From: an uncultured bacterium
Lineage (GTDB): Bacteria; Oederibacteriota; PGYV01; CAWJRG01
Assembly: GCA_963845185.1 (NCBI GenBank)
Contig: CAWJRG010000001.1
Location: 270,806 to 334,805, forward strand
DNA length: 64,000 bases
Direction: 5' to 3'
A model generated the notes under the pieces. The model saw only the letters and a program-made list of their open reading frames with translations. It made no database searches and was not told the DNA's origin. A program made the position numbers and the translations under genes. This document shows, in pieces, positions 1-9,227 of this stretch (positions within the stretch are counted from its first letter, which is position 1; every line of letters starts with the position of its first letter).

Positions 1-143
1 TTTTCCATGAAATAAAAAAGCTCCATTTCATCGGCATAGGCTTTGCGCCCTTCTTCGCTTTTACCGGCTTCGTCAAAAATCTTTTGAACCTCATCCTTTG
101 GCGCGATTTTTAAGTCCGCTTCAGTAATTTTGATTTTTTTCAT
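1..143 (-). CDS. Probable HigA-like antitoxin, N-terminal part (runs off window edge)
   Basis: ATG at 143 overlaps the toxin stop (ATGA); open frame MKKIKITEADLKIAPKDEVQKIFDEAGKSEEGRKAYADEMELFYFME; toxin-first order. HTH itself not visible. Confidence 0.55.
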   Translation of the reverse strand, partial: MKKIKITEADLKIAPKDEVQKIFDEAGKSEEGRKAYADEMELFYFME

Positions 144-484
144 GTTGTTTTTCTCCTTTCCAGCATAATGTTTTTTATTATATTCCCTTTCTCATACTCC
201 CGCCTGTTTTTCTTCTTCTGGTTTTTCTCCACAAAAGAATTGACAAACTGCGCGTGATTGCCCGACCAGAAATAAATCAGCCTGTATTCGATATTGTTAA
301 AGCCCGGCCTCAATTCGTAAAGATTTGTAAAACCCTCGATTTTATCGGAATAAGGCTTTCTGATGTCGTGCCCTTTAATCAGCAGTATGTCTATATACGC
401 CTGAATTTTCTTTTTCAAACCGTCCGATAAATCCATAATTTGCTGTTTTACTGTTTCATTCAAACTGTATGTCACGGGCTCCAC
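140..484 (-). CDS. RelE/HigB (Gp49-like) family toxin
   Basis: Motifs GHDIRKPYSDKI, LYELR, YRLIYF; start re-called to GTG 484 behind AAAGGAG. Confidence 0.75.
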   Translation of the reverse strand: MEPVTYSLNETVKQQIMDLSDGLKKKIQAYIDILLIKGHDIRKPYSDKIEGFTNLYELRPGFNNIEYRLIYFWSGNHAQFVNSFVEKNQKKKNRREYEKGNIIKNIMLERRKTT

Positions 485-508
485 GCGTTCATCTCCTTTA
501 TCAATAAG

Positions 509-537
509 ATTATACACATTTATGTGTACATTATCAA
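509..537 (-). promoter_or_regulatory. sigma70 promoter with overlapping palindromic operator for the TA pair
   Basis: TTGATA-17-TATAAT; inverted repeat TACACAT-tt-ATGTGTA at 513-528. Confidence 0.65.
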
Positions 538-647
538 GCGTTATTTATGATCCTCAATTTCTTTTATTACATATATTTCCATTACGAGCATCCTTTATGA
601 ACATCTCTTACGAACATTTTTATAGAACATTTCTTCGAACATCTTTC

Positions 648-1910
648 CTATCTTTTCTTCATCCACTTTTTCACCCACTTCACGACCTGCTTGAACACCG
701 CATGCCCTATTTTGCCTAAAAGCGACTTCGGCACGTGGTTTTCCGCCTGCGTTATAATATTGTGCGCCAGCTCAAAGCCAGAATTCAATTTGGGATTTTC
801 AGAGTTTGGAATTTGTGATTCACTTACCATACCCTCACCCTGAACATCTTGAGCTTTTGAACCTTGAACTTTTCCTACCTCTTGCCCCCCTTGAACATTG
901 AGCCTTGAACCTTGAACTTCTTTTATGATCGCCGGCAAGTCTGCCCAATACGGGTTATCCTCCAGTTTGCTATCCTTGTGTCCCAGCCACCATATTGCTC
1001 CTGCTGCGCCAAGCGCTGCCAATACGCCGCTATCCTCGTCCGCTATTATAATATGAACACCACCCTTTGCCGGACTTTTTATCTGAAAATATCCAGTCTC
1101 CCTCATCTCCTGTAACAGCTTGGCATACCGCCCGTCTTGCCCATCGCCCGCCGAATGTTCCCCCTCACCCAGACCCTCTCCCGCAAGGGGCGAGGGGTGT
1201 GTTTTGCCGCCCTCCCCGAAGGATTCCGGTGTATTGCCTGCTTTTATCCATGCAGCTATCTTTTTGGCTTGTTTTTCAGTCATTTTCCGCTCAATAAGCA
1301 CTTTTATGGTCTTTTCCATCTTATCCACGTCATCTGGATAGCCATTCGCAAGCCCAGTAAGGGCAATAACAGCAGATTCAGGTATCTTCCAGCCTGTGGA
1401 TAACTCCGGATTCCGGAGTTGTCCACATATTTGCTCCCTTGCCGCTGTATTCAACAGCCCCATTACCTTTGCCACATTCCCTACATATTGAAACCTTAAC
1501 TGGAGCCTGTCCGCGACTTCCTGATTGTTGAGATCAGGGCATAAAGCCATGTATTTTTCAATACCCAGGTAGTTGTCAAACCAGTTCGGCGGCTCCGCTT
1601 TATTGCCCATAATCAACTCCAGCATCTCATCCGCCGGGCTGAGGCCCTTCACAACAACCGCCTCTATCTCGGTCCAGCCGTTCTGCTTAGCGCCTGCGTA
1701 CCTGTAGTGCCCGCATAGGATGTAATAATTGATTCCCTGACCCAGTAGGCCATCGCCGGCCTTTCTATCGTCAGTCAAAAGCGCCAGCTTGACAGGGTTC
1801 AGCAGCCCGTCCTTATCCATGGACTTCGCGACAGCATCCGTAATGTCCTGCTGCAGGAAGCTCCTCGGGTTGTTTGGATGCGGCTTAATCTCGGAAATAG
1901 GTATCTTCAT
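648..1910 (-). CDS. ParB/Srx N-terminal domain protein with repeat-derived C-terminal region
   Basis: IKPHPNNPR, GLLNPV, GHYRY motifs; HTH-like NQEVADRL; RBS GGGGAGG. Confidence 0.75.
   Translation of the reverse strand: MKIPISEIKPHPNNPRSFLQQDITDAVAKSMDKDGLLNPVKLALLTDDRKAGDGLLGQGINYYILCGHYRYAGAKQNGWTEIEAVVVKGLSPADEMLELIMGNKAEPPNWFDNYLGIEKYMALCPDLNNQEVADRLQLRFQYVGNVAKVMGLLNTAAREQICGQLRNPELSTGWKIPESAVIALTGLANGYPDDVDKMEKTIKVLIERKMTEKQAKKIAAWIKAGNTPESFGEGGKTHPSPLAGEGLGEGEHSAGDGQDGRYAKLLQEMRETGYFQIKSPAKGGVHIIIADEDSGVLAALGAAGAIWWLGHKDSKLEDNPYWADLPAIIKEVQGSRLNVQGGQEVGKVQGSKAQDVQGEGMVSESQIPNSENPKLNSGFELAHNIITQAENHVPKSLLGKIGHAVFKQVVKWVKKWMKKR
780..917. repeat. Degenerate 7-bp tandem repeats inside the ParB gene
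   Basis: Repeated CTTGAAC/TTGAGC units at 841-917 and a second degenerate run at 780-824. Confidence 0.5.
1160..1197. repeat. BoxC/REP-like palindromic repeat, in frame within ParB
   Basis: CCCCCTCACCCAGACCCTCTCCCGCAAGGGGCGAGGGG, encoding PSPLAGEGLGEG. Confidence 0.65.
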
Positions 1911-1926
1911 ATTATAACCTCCCCTT

Positions 1927-2085
1927 AGATAGCGTTTGTTTTGTCAAGCCGTCAACAGGCGCTGACAAAACACTACGCTATCTTAGTACCCGCTCCAGTC
2001 ATGGTTTTACCCTGACAAGCGGTATCAATTTGTTTTGCCAAGCCGATCAAGTCCGAGGCTACTGCCAAGGACAAGCGGCGCTTGA
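1927..2085. other. Structured two-hairpin element, copy 1 (ParB leader; hairpin A present twice)
   Basis: Long stems with internal loops; architecture shared with 23807-23904 and 26358-26457. Confidence 0.65.
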
Positions 2086-2114
2086 ATTTTTAGCGTACTG
2101 CCAATCGTGGATAC

Positions 2115-2143
2115 ATTATAATACTACGAAATGAAGGGTTCAA
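2115..2143 (-). promoter_or_regulatory. sigma70 promoter for ParB gene (leader of about 200 nt)
   Basis: TTGAAC-17-TATAAT. Confidence 0.6.
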
Positions 2144-2247
2144 GAAATATTTTGATGGAAATTTTTGGAATTAATAATTGGAATTGCCCTTTTGTTGCCT
2201 ACACATCCCCCTTACCACTTACCCCGTCTTTTGTCTGTTTTATGCTT

Positions 2248-2628
2248 TTATTTCAGGTTATTTTTTACCATGGCAATAATTTCTTTTGCCTTGGCAGTAC
2301 AGCTTTCAGCCTGTTTAAATGTCGGCTCTATAAATTCATCAGGGTAACGCACCTGCACCGCGTAAAAATTCAATTCAGCCGCTTCAATTTTATTAAAAGA
2401 CCCGTCATATTCCGCACAAAGCTTTAAAAGCATCGCAATATCATGTGTTTTGCCCGTTGTTTTCCCCTTATCGGCGAGAAATGCTTTCAGGTATTTTTCG
2501 GCGGCCTGCTGCGCATGGAAACAGACGGCGCCTTTTGCGCATTCAGTTTTCCCAAGCTTCAATTCGTGCCCGACGACTTTCATATCTTCGTCCGCTTTTT
2601 GAATCCATCGGGCCGAAATATCTTTCAT
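2248..2628 (-). CDS. HEPN domain protein
   Basis: FHAQQAAEKYLKAFL, KTHDI, VRYP motifs; overlaps upstream MNT gene. Confidence 0.85.
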   Translation of the reverse strand: MKDISARWIQKADEDMKVVGHELKLGKTECAKGAVCFHAQQAAEKYLKAFLADKGKTTGKTHDIAMLLKLCAEYDGSFNKIEAAELNFYAVQVRYPDEFIEPTFKQAESCTAKAKEIIAMVKNNLK

Positions 2629-2960
2629 ATCGCGACGCCTTCTTTTTCCGCTTCATAGGATATTGTCCCTGCCTGCCTGGAAAGGACGGAAAATTCACTT
2701 TCTGTTTTTATTATTATATCGGAAGGTATGAGTTCCCCCGCAAGCGCGTTGTTTATTTCCTTAAAAAGGGCGATTTTTTCTTCAAAGCCAATATCCTGCC
2801 CGACCACCAGCAGGATATCAAAATCGCTGTCATTGTCATTATCCATTCTCGCCCTCGATCCGAAAAGTATTATTTTTTCTATAGCAAGATTTTTGGCTTC
2901 AGCGCGGGATTCGATAATCTGTCTTATTTTTTCAATATTTTTATCCGTCTCATTTTTCAT
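2625..2960 (-). CDS. Minimal nucleotidyltransferase (MNT)
   Basis: ILFGSRARxxxxxxSDFD (GS-X10-DXD) motif. Confidence 0.85.
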   Translation of the reverse strand: MKNETDKNIEKIRQIIESRAEAKNLAIEKIILFGSRARMDNDNDSDFDILLVVGQDIGFEEKIALFKEINNALAGELIPSDIIIKTESEFSVLSRQAGTISYEAEKEGVAI

Positions 2961-2984
2961 ATTTTACGCCTTCCTTTGATTGAT

Positions 2985-3013
2985 ATTATACGCCGCTGCA
3001 TTTGCTCCGTCAA
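2985..3013 (-). promoter_or_regulatory. sigma70 promoter for MNT-HEPN
   Basis: TTGACG-17-TATAAT. Confidence 0.6.
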
Positions 3014-3034
3014 CTCCGCATTTAAAGCTTGAAT

Positions 3035-3223
3035 TTATAGTTTCTTAAAGAAATCATTCCCGTTGTCAACGCGTATAAACCTGCCGCTGAGTGCGTCTTC
3101 CAGCCCTTTGCGTATCGCGCCTATAACCATGGGGTTCCTGTATACCCACGCTTCCCTGTCGGGAATCTCGGCAGTCGGCGAAGTCGCTTCTTTTGCCTTT
3201 TTTGGCTTTTTATATGTTTTCAT
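3035..3223 (-). CDS. Small protein resembling an antitoxin C-terminal region
   Basis: RBS AAGGTG; IPDREAWVYRNP...IRKGLEDA resembles tails of AbrB/MazE-type antitoxins; no DNA-binding domain seen. Confidence 0.4.
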   Translation of the reverse strand: MKTYKKPKKAKEATSPTAEIPDREAWVYRNPMVIGAIRKGLEDALSGRFIRVDNGNDFFKKL

Positions 3224-3365
3224 TTTTTCACCTTCCTACCTAAAGTATAGCCGAAAGCGGGAAAGGTCTCAAGTGGAAAAATGGATAAAATATTCCCTAA
3301 ATACATATATTTCTTGCTTTTAATTTCAAAAGCAGTTAAAATTTCTTGTATTTAATTCCAAAATA

Positions 3366-4292
3366 GTGGAGATAAGATTGGAAAACAAAAGCATTATTGA
3401 TACAGCAACAAAAGTTGCGCATGGTATCAGGAAGCGGGTTCTTGAGCACACCATCAAAAACGGCGGCGGGTACTTGAGCCAGGCTTGCTCATCTGCAGAA
3501 ATATTTGCATGCCTTTATTCGGGGATCATGAATCTCGAAAAAGTAAAAACCCCTATTATGCCAAGGCTTTTTGCGGGAGTACCATCTGCATCCAATAAGG
3601 ATTATACACTGGGTTATTTCTTTAACGGCCCTCATACACGCATCTCAGACAGGTTTATTCTCTCCCCCACTCATTATTCGCTTGTATTATACGCCGCGCT
3701 CATAGAATCAGGCAGGATGGACAAGACCGGCCTTGACCTGTTCAATAAGGACGGCTCGTCTGTCGAAATGATAGGCGCCGAGCACTCTCCCGGTATGGAG
3801 GTCATGACAGGCTCACTTGGTCAGGGACTGAGCCAGGCAATAGGCATGGCTCTTGGCCGCCGCATGAAAGGTGAAACGGGAAAAACCTTTGTTTTCATGT
3901 CTGACGGCGAATTCCAGATAGGCATGGTATGGGAAGCTTTCCAGTTCATGAACCATCATAAACTTGATAATGTCTTAATATTCGTCGACGTCAACAAACA
4001 GCAGTGTGACGGCGCTATTAATTCAGTAATGAAAATAGACCCGTTTTCAGACAGGCTCAAAGCCTTCGGCGCCGAGGTTTTATCAATAGACGGCCATGAT
4101 GTCAATGCTTTGTTTGAGGCTGCAAAAAATCTGCATAAAGACAAACCACTGGTCGTGCTGTGCAATACCGACCCGTGCAGGTGTATCAGCGAGTTAAGGA
4201 CTAACGCAGGCAAGCTGCATTATTTGAGGATAAAAAGCGATGAAGAAAGAAAGAAATACGAAGAAATTTTAAAGGAAATGGAAGGTCTGTAA
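3366..4292 (+). CDS. Transketolase-like protein, N-terminal (ThDP-binding) subunit
   Basis: TGSLGQG, SDGE...N ThDP motif, IDGHD. Confidence 0.9.
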   Translation: MEIRLENKSIIDTATKVAHGIRKRVLEHTIKNGGGYLSQACSSAEIFACLYSGIMNLEKVKTPIMPRLFAGVPSASNKDYTLGYFFNGPHTRISDRFILSPTHYSLVLYAALIESGRMDKTGLDLFNKDGSSVEMIGAEHSPGMEVMTGSLGQGLSQAIGMALGRRMKGETGKTFVFMSDGEFQIGMVWEAFQFMNHHKLDNVLIFVDVNKQQCDGAINSVMKIDPFSDRLKAFGAEVLSIDGHDVNALFEAAKNLHKDKPLVVLCNTDPCRCISELRTNAGKLHYLRIKSDEERKKYEEILKEMEGL

Positions 4293-5299
4293 TGGAAATC
4301 CTTTCACAGGTCCACAACAGGAATTTAAAAGAATTCGGCAAGGATAAAAAAGAAGTGCTTGTCCTCACCGCCGACCTGACTTCTTCATGCGAAGCTGATT
4401 ATTTTAAAAGCACCTATCCCGACAGGTTCATCTCCTGCGGCATCTCTGAGCAAAACATGCTATCTGTCGCAGGCGGGCTTGCGCGCGAGGGTTTCATGCC
4501 ATTTGTGCATACTTTTGCCGTATTTATATACCGCAGGGCGTTTGACCAGATAGCCATGTCAGTCGCCTATCCCAACCTGCCTGTTAAGATGTTCGGGTTC
4601 CTTCCAGGCATTATGAGCCCTGGCGGCCCAACGCATCAGGCAATTGAGGATATAGCAATAATGCGCTCCCTGCCCAATATGACCGTGCTGGAGGTTGGCG
4701 ACGCTACAGAAGTGGAAAGCGTGCTTGAGCTGGCTTATGAAATCAAAGGGCCAGTATATATAAGGATGCTGCGTGGGGAAATCCCGCGGCTTTTTGATAA
4801 AAGAGAGCCAATAAAACTCGATACTCCCAGGATTATTTCAAGCGGGACTGATGTCCTTATAATATCCAGCGGCATCTGCACCGAGGAATGCATGCGTGCC
4901 GTAAATGCCTTGAAGGCAAAGGGCGTGTCAGTCGCGCACGTGCATATATCAACTCTAAAACCTTTTAACAGCAAGGAAATTGCGGACATACTCGCCATGC
5001 CAAAACACGGGATAATAACAGTCGAGAACCACACAACAACAGGCGGGCTCGGCTCTATAATCGCGGAAAAAATGGTTGAAAAAGGAATAAATAAAAAACT
5101 TTCAATGCTCGGCTTAAAAGATACTTTTGCCCATGGTGCGAGTAAACGCTACCTTATGAAGGAATATGGTTTTGACGCCTTTGCAGTTACTGCCGAAACT
5201 GAAAAGCTTATTGGGTTTAAACTCGGCATCACCGAAAAAGATCTGACAGATGCACGAATCGAAGCAGTGCATTCTGCTGCAAAGCCAGAGGCCATGTAA
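4292..5299 (+). CDS. Transketolase-like protein, C-terminal subunit
   Basis: GISEQN, RRAFDQ, GPTHQAIED, VENH motifs; translationally coupled to N subunit. Confidence 0.9.
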   Translation: MEILSQVHNRNLKEFGKDKKEVLVLTADLTSSCEADYFKSTYPDRFISCGISEQNMLSVAGGLAREGFMPFVHTFAVFIYRRAFDQIAMSVAYPNLPVKMFGFLPGIMSPGGPTHQAIEDIAIMRSLPNMTVLEVGDATEVESVLELAYEIKGPVYIRMLRGEIPRLFDKREPIKLDTPRIISSGTDVLIISSGICTEECMRAVNALKAKGVSVAHVHISTLKPFNSKEIADILAMPKHGIITVENHTTTGGLGSIIAEKMVEKGINKKLSMLGLKDTFAHGASKRYLMKEYGFDAFAVTAETEKLIGFKLGITEKDLTDARIEAVHSAAKPEAM

Positions 5300-5330
5300 T
5301 ATTGTTGATTGTCAAAAAAACGGAGGAAAA

Positions 5331-6440
5331 ATGAGGTTTTCAGTAATCTATTCTATCTCAGGGTCAATAGCAGAGGTTAAAAAGCGGGCTTTTAATGTAT
5401 GCATAGAACAAACCATAGAATTTCCTTTTCATTTAGTTAAAGATAAGTATATTAGAAATGAGATTGTCGGCAAAATAAAATCACTCAAGCCTGTTTCAAA
5501 AAATCGCTTTCTTGCTGAAATTACTTATTCCGAAGCCTCTGCAGGAAACGAGCTCACGCAGTTTTTAAATGTTGTTTTTGGCAACACCAGCATTAATCCA
5601 GGTATAAGGATCGAGTCTATCAAATTATCCCCGGGGTTGCTGGAAAAATTCAAAGGCCCGCGTTTTGGTGTAAAAGGCATAAGAAAACTTCTAAAGGCTT
5701 ATAACAGGCCACTGATTTGCTCTGCAATAAAACCAATGGGCTTGACCCCAAAAGAACTTGCCGACTTGGCCTATAAGTTTGCCCTTGGCGGAGTTGATTT
5801 TATAAAAGATGACCACGGTCTTGCGAACCAGCTGTTTTCCCCATATGAACAGAGGGTAAAACTTGTAGCGCAGGCAGTAAAAAAAGCTAATAAAATAACA
5901 AAAAAGACTTGTCTTTATGCGCCAAATATCACTGCTGACGGAGATGATGAGATAATCAGGCGCGCAAAATATGCTAAAAAAGCAGGCGCAGGTGCTCTTG
6001 TAATATCCCCGGGTCTTGCCGGTTTTAATATTGTCAAAAAGATATCTTCTATCAAGTCAATAAATCTTCCTATTCTTTTACATCCTGCCCTTCTCGGCAG
6101 TTTTACAGTGGATAAATACTCCGGCTTTTCCCATTTTTTCCTTTATGGCCAGCTAGCGCGCATGTGCGGGGCAGACATATCAATATTCCCGAATTACGGC
6201 GGCAGATTTTCTTTTTCAAAAGAGGATTGCAAAAATATAGCTTTTGGCTGTAAGGCCAAAATGGGCAATATTAAAAATATATTTCCCGGCCCCGGCGGCG
6301 GCATGACATTGGCAAACGTAAAGCAGATGAAGGAGTTTTACGGTAACGACGTGGTATTTTTAATGGGCGGCGGCCTTCACGAAGCAGGCCCGGATATTGT
6401 AGAAAACGTTAAAAAATTCAGGAAATTAATTTCAGGTTAA
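5331..6440 (+). CDS. RuBisCO-like protein (form IV)
   Basis: EQTIE, FGN, GPRFG, IKPMGL, GVDFIKDDHG, PGGG motifs; start re-called to ATG 5331 behind GGAGG. Confidence 0.9.
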   Translation: MRFSVIYSISGSIAEVKKRAFNVCIEQTIEFPFHLVKDKYIRNEIVGKIKSLKPVSKNRFLAEITYSEASAGNELTQFLNVVFGNTSINPGIRIESIKLSPGLLEKFKGPRFGVKGIRKLLKAYNRPLICSAIKPMGLTPKELADLAYKFALGGVDFIKDDHGLANQLFSPYEQRVKLVAQAVKKANKITKKTCLYAPNITADGDDEIIRRAKYAKKAGAGALVISPGLAGFNIVKKISSIKSINLPILLHPALLGSFTVDKYSGFSHFFLYGQLARMCGADISIFPNYGGRFSFSKEDCKNIAFGCKAKMGNIKNIFPGPGGGMTLANVKQMKEFYGNDVVFLMGGGLHEAGPDIVENVKKFRKLISG

Positions 6441-7235
6441 ATTCAGCAGTTTTTGCGCGTTCTTATAATATATTTTATCCTTTATCTCTTTATCGTTTAT
6501 AACCTGCTCTATTTTTTTCTTTATATTTGCAGCCCTCTCCCACGGAAAGTCGGTGCCGAAAAGTATTTTTTCCGGGCCATGGGCTTTTATCATTTGCCTG
6601 TATAAATCGTCATTGATTTCATCTGTATATGCAGTATCAAAATAAACATCTTTACCGATAAGGTATTTCATTACATCATCCCACTGCCTGTATCCACCCA
6701 TATGCGCGAGTATAAGTTTTAAACCCTTGATTTTTAAAACTTCGGCAAATCTTTGTGGGGTGCTGTGCACATCATCATAAGCCAGGTCCACACCGGCATG
6801 AAATAAAATTACAAGGTTGTTTTTCCTGCAGGCATCGTATATTTTATTCACCCTTTCTTCATCCGGGTAAAAACCCATGTAATCAGGGTGAAGTTTGATC
6901 CCTTTTATACCGGATTTTGCTATAAACTCCAGTTCTTCATGAATATTGCCTATTTTATCAAAATCAGGATGCATTGCGCCAAAGCATATGATTCTTCCGT
7001 CAGATTGCTGGTTATTCTCAATCATTTTCCTGTTTATGCCTGTTACTTGCTCGGGTTTAGTAGCTACAGGTTGGTTTATGGAAATAGACACGCCGTCTTC
7101 GTCCATTTCTTTCCTTAACGTCGCCATATTATAGCCATATGACTTTACTTCTTCTTTTGCATTATGTATCAACAATTCCACTGCTTTTTCCGCAATACTA
7201 TCCGGGAAAAAGTGCGCATGCACGTCAATCAGCAT
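6432..7235 (-). CDS. Amidohydrolase_2 family metallohydrolase
   Basis: IDVHAH, GIKLHP, FHAG, LAHMGG, FGTDFP. Confidence 0.85.
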   Translation of the reverse strand: MLIDVHAHFFPDSIAEKAVELLIHNAKEEVKSYGYNMATLRKEMDEDGVSISINQPVATKPEQVTGINRKMIENNQQSDGRIICFGAMHPDFDKIGNIHEELEFIAKSGIKGIKLHPDYMGFYPDEERVNKIYDACRKNNLVILFHAGVDLAYDDVHSTPQRFAEVLKIKGLKLILAHMGGYRQWDDVMKYLIGKDVYFDTAYTDEINDDLYRQMIKAHGPEKILFGTDFPWERAANIKKKIEQVINDKEIKDKIYYKNAQKLLNLT

Positions 7236-7243
7236 AAAGCCTC

Positions 7244-8326
7244 CTAGTAGTTTTTTCCAAAAACAGCCAGTCTTTTAAAAATCTTGCCTTTTTCAGAAAG
7301 TTCAATTTTTGAAGTATTGACGATTTCTTTCAAAAAGTCAATATTTCTATCGTAAAGTTGCCTGTTTACAGGATACGGTATACCGTCTTTGCCGCCATGG
7401 GCAAAGCTATATGTTATTGGATCCTTATAAGATGGCTCCTTTTTATAAATCAGCTCTGATATTAAAACGAGTGAACGCATTGACTTTGGTCCGAAGCCTT
7501 TTGTCAAAAGCAGGCTTTCGAAATCTCCGGGTTGCGTCTCGTAGGTTTTTAGCAGTATTTTTTCCATGTTTTTCGGGTTTATATCTTCCCTTATTATCTC
7601 GTGCCTTGCAGGAAGGTCATAATTTGATATTATCCTGACCTCGCCCAGTACTTTCTCCGGGTTCTCTTTTGAAATACCAAGTGTGACATCGCGCGCGTCT
7701 TTGCTTTCATTTGCGGTCATATTCAGGACTTCATCCTCTTTTTTCTCTCCGCATATTGCCTTATGCGGCTCAATGATAAAACTTTTTATATCATCCGAAA
7801 GCCAGTGATAGCGCCTTGCGTATTTTGTCGTCCCGTTCATTCCCTGCTGGATTACGGCCCATTTGCCTGATTTTGTAAAAAGTATATGGTGAAGGTAAAG
7901 CTGGTATCCGTCCTGTATTGCGACTGAGTCGACTTTTGCCGTAAGTTTGCTTATTCTCACGTAATTTGAAGTATCTGCTCCCAGTGCTTTTGCATGCGCA
8001 AGCAGTTCGTCCGGTGTGTTTCTTGATTTCCCGCCTTTGCCGCCTGCAACAAACACGCCTGTGTCTTTTTCCGTGCCTGCAAGAGCTTCTTTTACCGCAG
8101 CGTTTACAGTCGTCGTAAGCCCGCTTGAGTGCCAGTCAAAGCCGAGCACGCAACCGAATGCCTGGAACCATAAAGGGTCAGACAGCCTGGATAAAACTTC
8201 ATCGGGCCCGTATTCTTTGATTATTAAAAAAAGCATTTCACGGGCAAGTTTTTTCATACGGTTAAAAAGCCAGGCAGGTGCTTTTCCTCCGTGCAAAGGT
8301 AGGTTTGCAATAGATTTTGTTATCAT
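7244..8326 (-). CDS. DUF763 family protein
   Basis: LPLHGGKAPAWL, GFDWHSSG, QQGMN, RRYHW, FAHGGKDG. Confidence 0.85.
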   Translation of the reverse strand: MITKSIANLPLHGGKAPAWLFNRMKKLAREMLFLIIKEYGPDEVLSRLSDPLWFQAFGCVLGFDWHSSGLTTTVNAAVKEALAGTEKDTGVFVAGGKGGKSRNTPDELLAHAKALGADTSNYVRISKLTAKVDSVAIQDGYQLYLHHILFTKSGKWAVIQQGMNGTTKYARRYHWLSDDIKSFIIEPHKAICGEKKEDEVLNMTANESKDARDVTLGISKENPEKVLGEVRIISNYDLPARHEIIREDINPKNMEKILLKTYETQPGDFESLLLTKGFGPKSMRSLVLISELIYKKEPSYKDPITYSFAHGGKDGIPYPVNRQLYDRNIDFLKEIVNTSKIELSEKGKIFKRLAVFGKNY

Positions 8327-8350
8327 CTTATTTCGTGCTCCAATCCAAAT

Positions 8351-9214
8351 CTATCTTATCTCTTTTAATCTGGATTCGTAATAAATCCTCTTGTTCTGCT
8401 CAATTTTATTCATAGTGTAAAGGTGTATGCCTTTTACGTTATTTTTTATCAGGTGGTTTATCTGGCCGACAGTGTATTGCACCGTGTCCTCGCATACATG
8501 CGCGTTTATGTCGCAGGAAGCTGTTGCTTTCCTGAACCTCTCAGGTATTTCAATGCTGCACAGGTTTGCCATTCTTTCCAAATTTGCTATCTTTGTAGCG
8601 GTCATAATACCCGGCAAAACAGGCACTTTAATCCCTGTTTTTACAAGCATTTCGAAATATCTGTAAAAATGATCGTTGTCAAGGAAAAGCTGAGTGGTGA
8701 TAAAATCCGCGCCTGCATCTGTTTTTTCTTTCAAATGTTTTATATCTTCATCAATATTTTTTGCTTCCGGGTGTTTTTCCGGATAGCCAGCCACGCCAAC
8801 ACAAAAATCCCAGCCTTTTTTTATGAATTTCACAAGGTCAACTGCATACCTGAAATCCAGGAACGGTTTTTTTTCGTTTTCCGGCAAATCCCCTCTCAAA
8901 GCAAGTATATTCTGGATATTTTTATTTTTAAGCTCGTCAAGGATTTTGGCGATTGAATCTTTTGTCGCGCCTATACACGTGAGGTGGGCAAGTGCTGGAA
9001 TACGATAGCTATTTTCTATTTTGTCCGCTATTTCGACTGTCCTGCCTTTTGTCGAACCTCCCGCGCCGTATGTGACACTGATAAAATCAGGCTTTAATTC
9101 CTTCAGCTGCTCGATTGTATTGTATATTACGGATATGTCATCATCGCGCTTTGGCGGGAAAACTTCGAGCGAGAAAATGAATTTTTTATTATTTAATATG
9201 TCTTTTATTTTCAA
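8351..9214 (-). CDS. metF: 5,10-methylenetetrahydrofolate reductase
   Basis: SLEVFPPK, SVTYGAGG, AHLTC, LALRGD, GYPEKHP, ITQLF, HLYTMN. Confidence 0.92.
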   Translation of the reverse strand: MKIKDILNNKKFIFSLEVFPPKRDDDISVIYNTIEQLKELKPDFISVTYGAGGSTKGRTVEIADKIENSYRIPALAHLTCIGATKDSIAKILDELKNKNIQNILALRGDLPENEKKPFLDFRYAVDLVKFIKKGWDFCVGVAGYPEKHPEAKNIDEDIKHLKEKTDAGADFITTQLFLDNDHFYRYFEMLVKTGIKVPVLPGIMTATKIANLERMANLCSIEIPERFRKATASCDINAHVCEDTVQYTVGQINHLIKNNVKGIHLYTMNKIEQNKRIYYESRLKEIR

Positions 9215-9227
9215 TTTTACTGCCTTT

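Noticed and set aside
1927..1983. Hairpin B as an integron attC site
   Set aside because: Lacks the RYYYAAC...GTTRRRY order; copies lie in the atp operon; no integron integrase seen
5250..5330. ORF-track N-terminal extension of the RLP
   Set aside because: Overlaps the transketolase end; strong RBS precedes ATG 5331
5331..6440. True RuBisCO / CO2 fixation
   Set aside because: KDDH motif, short length, no small subunit or phosphoribulokinase nearby: form IV RLP
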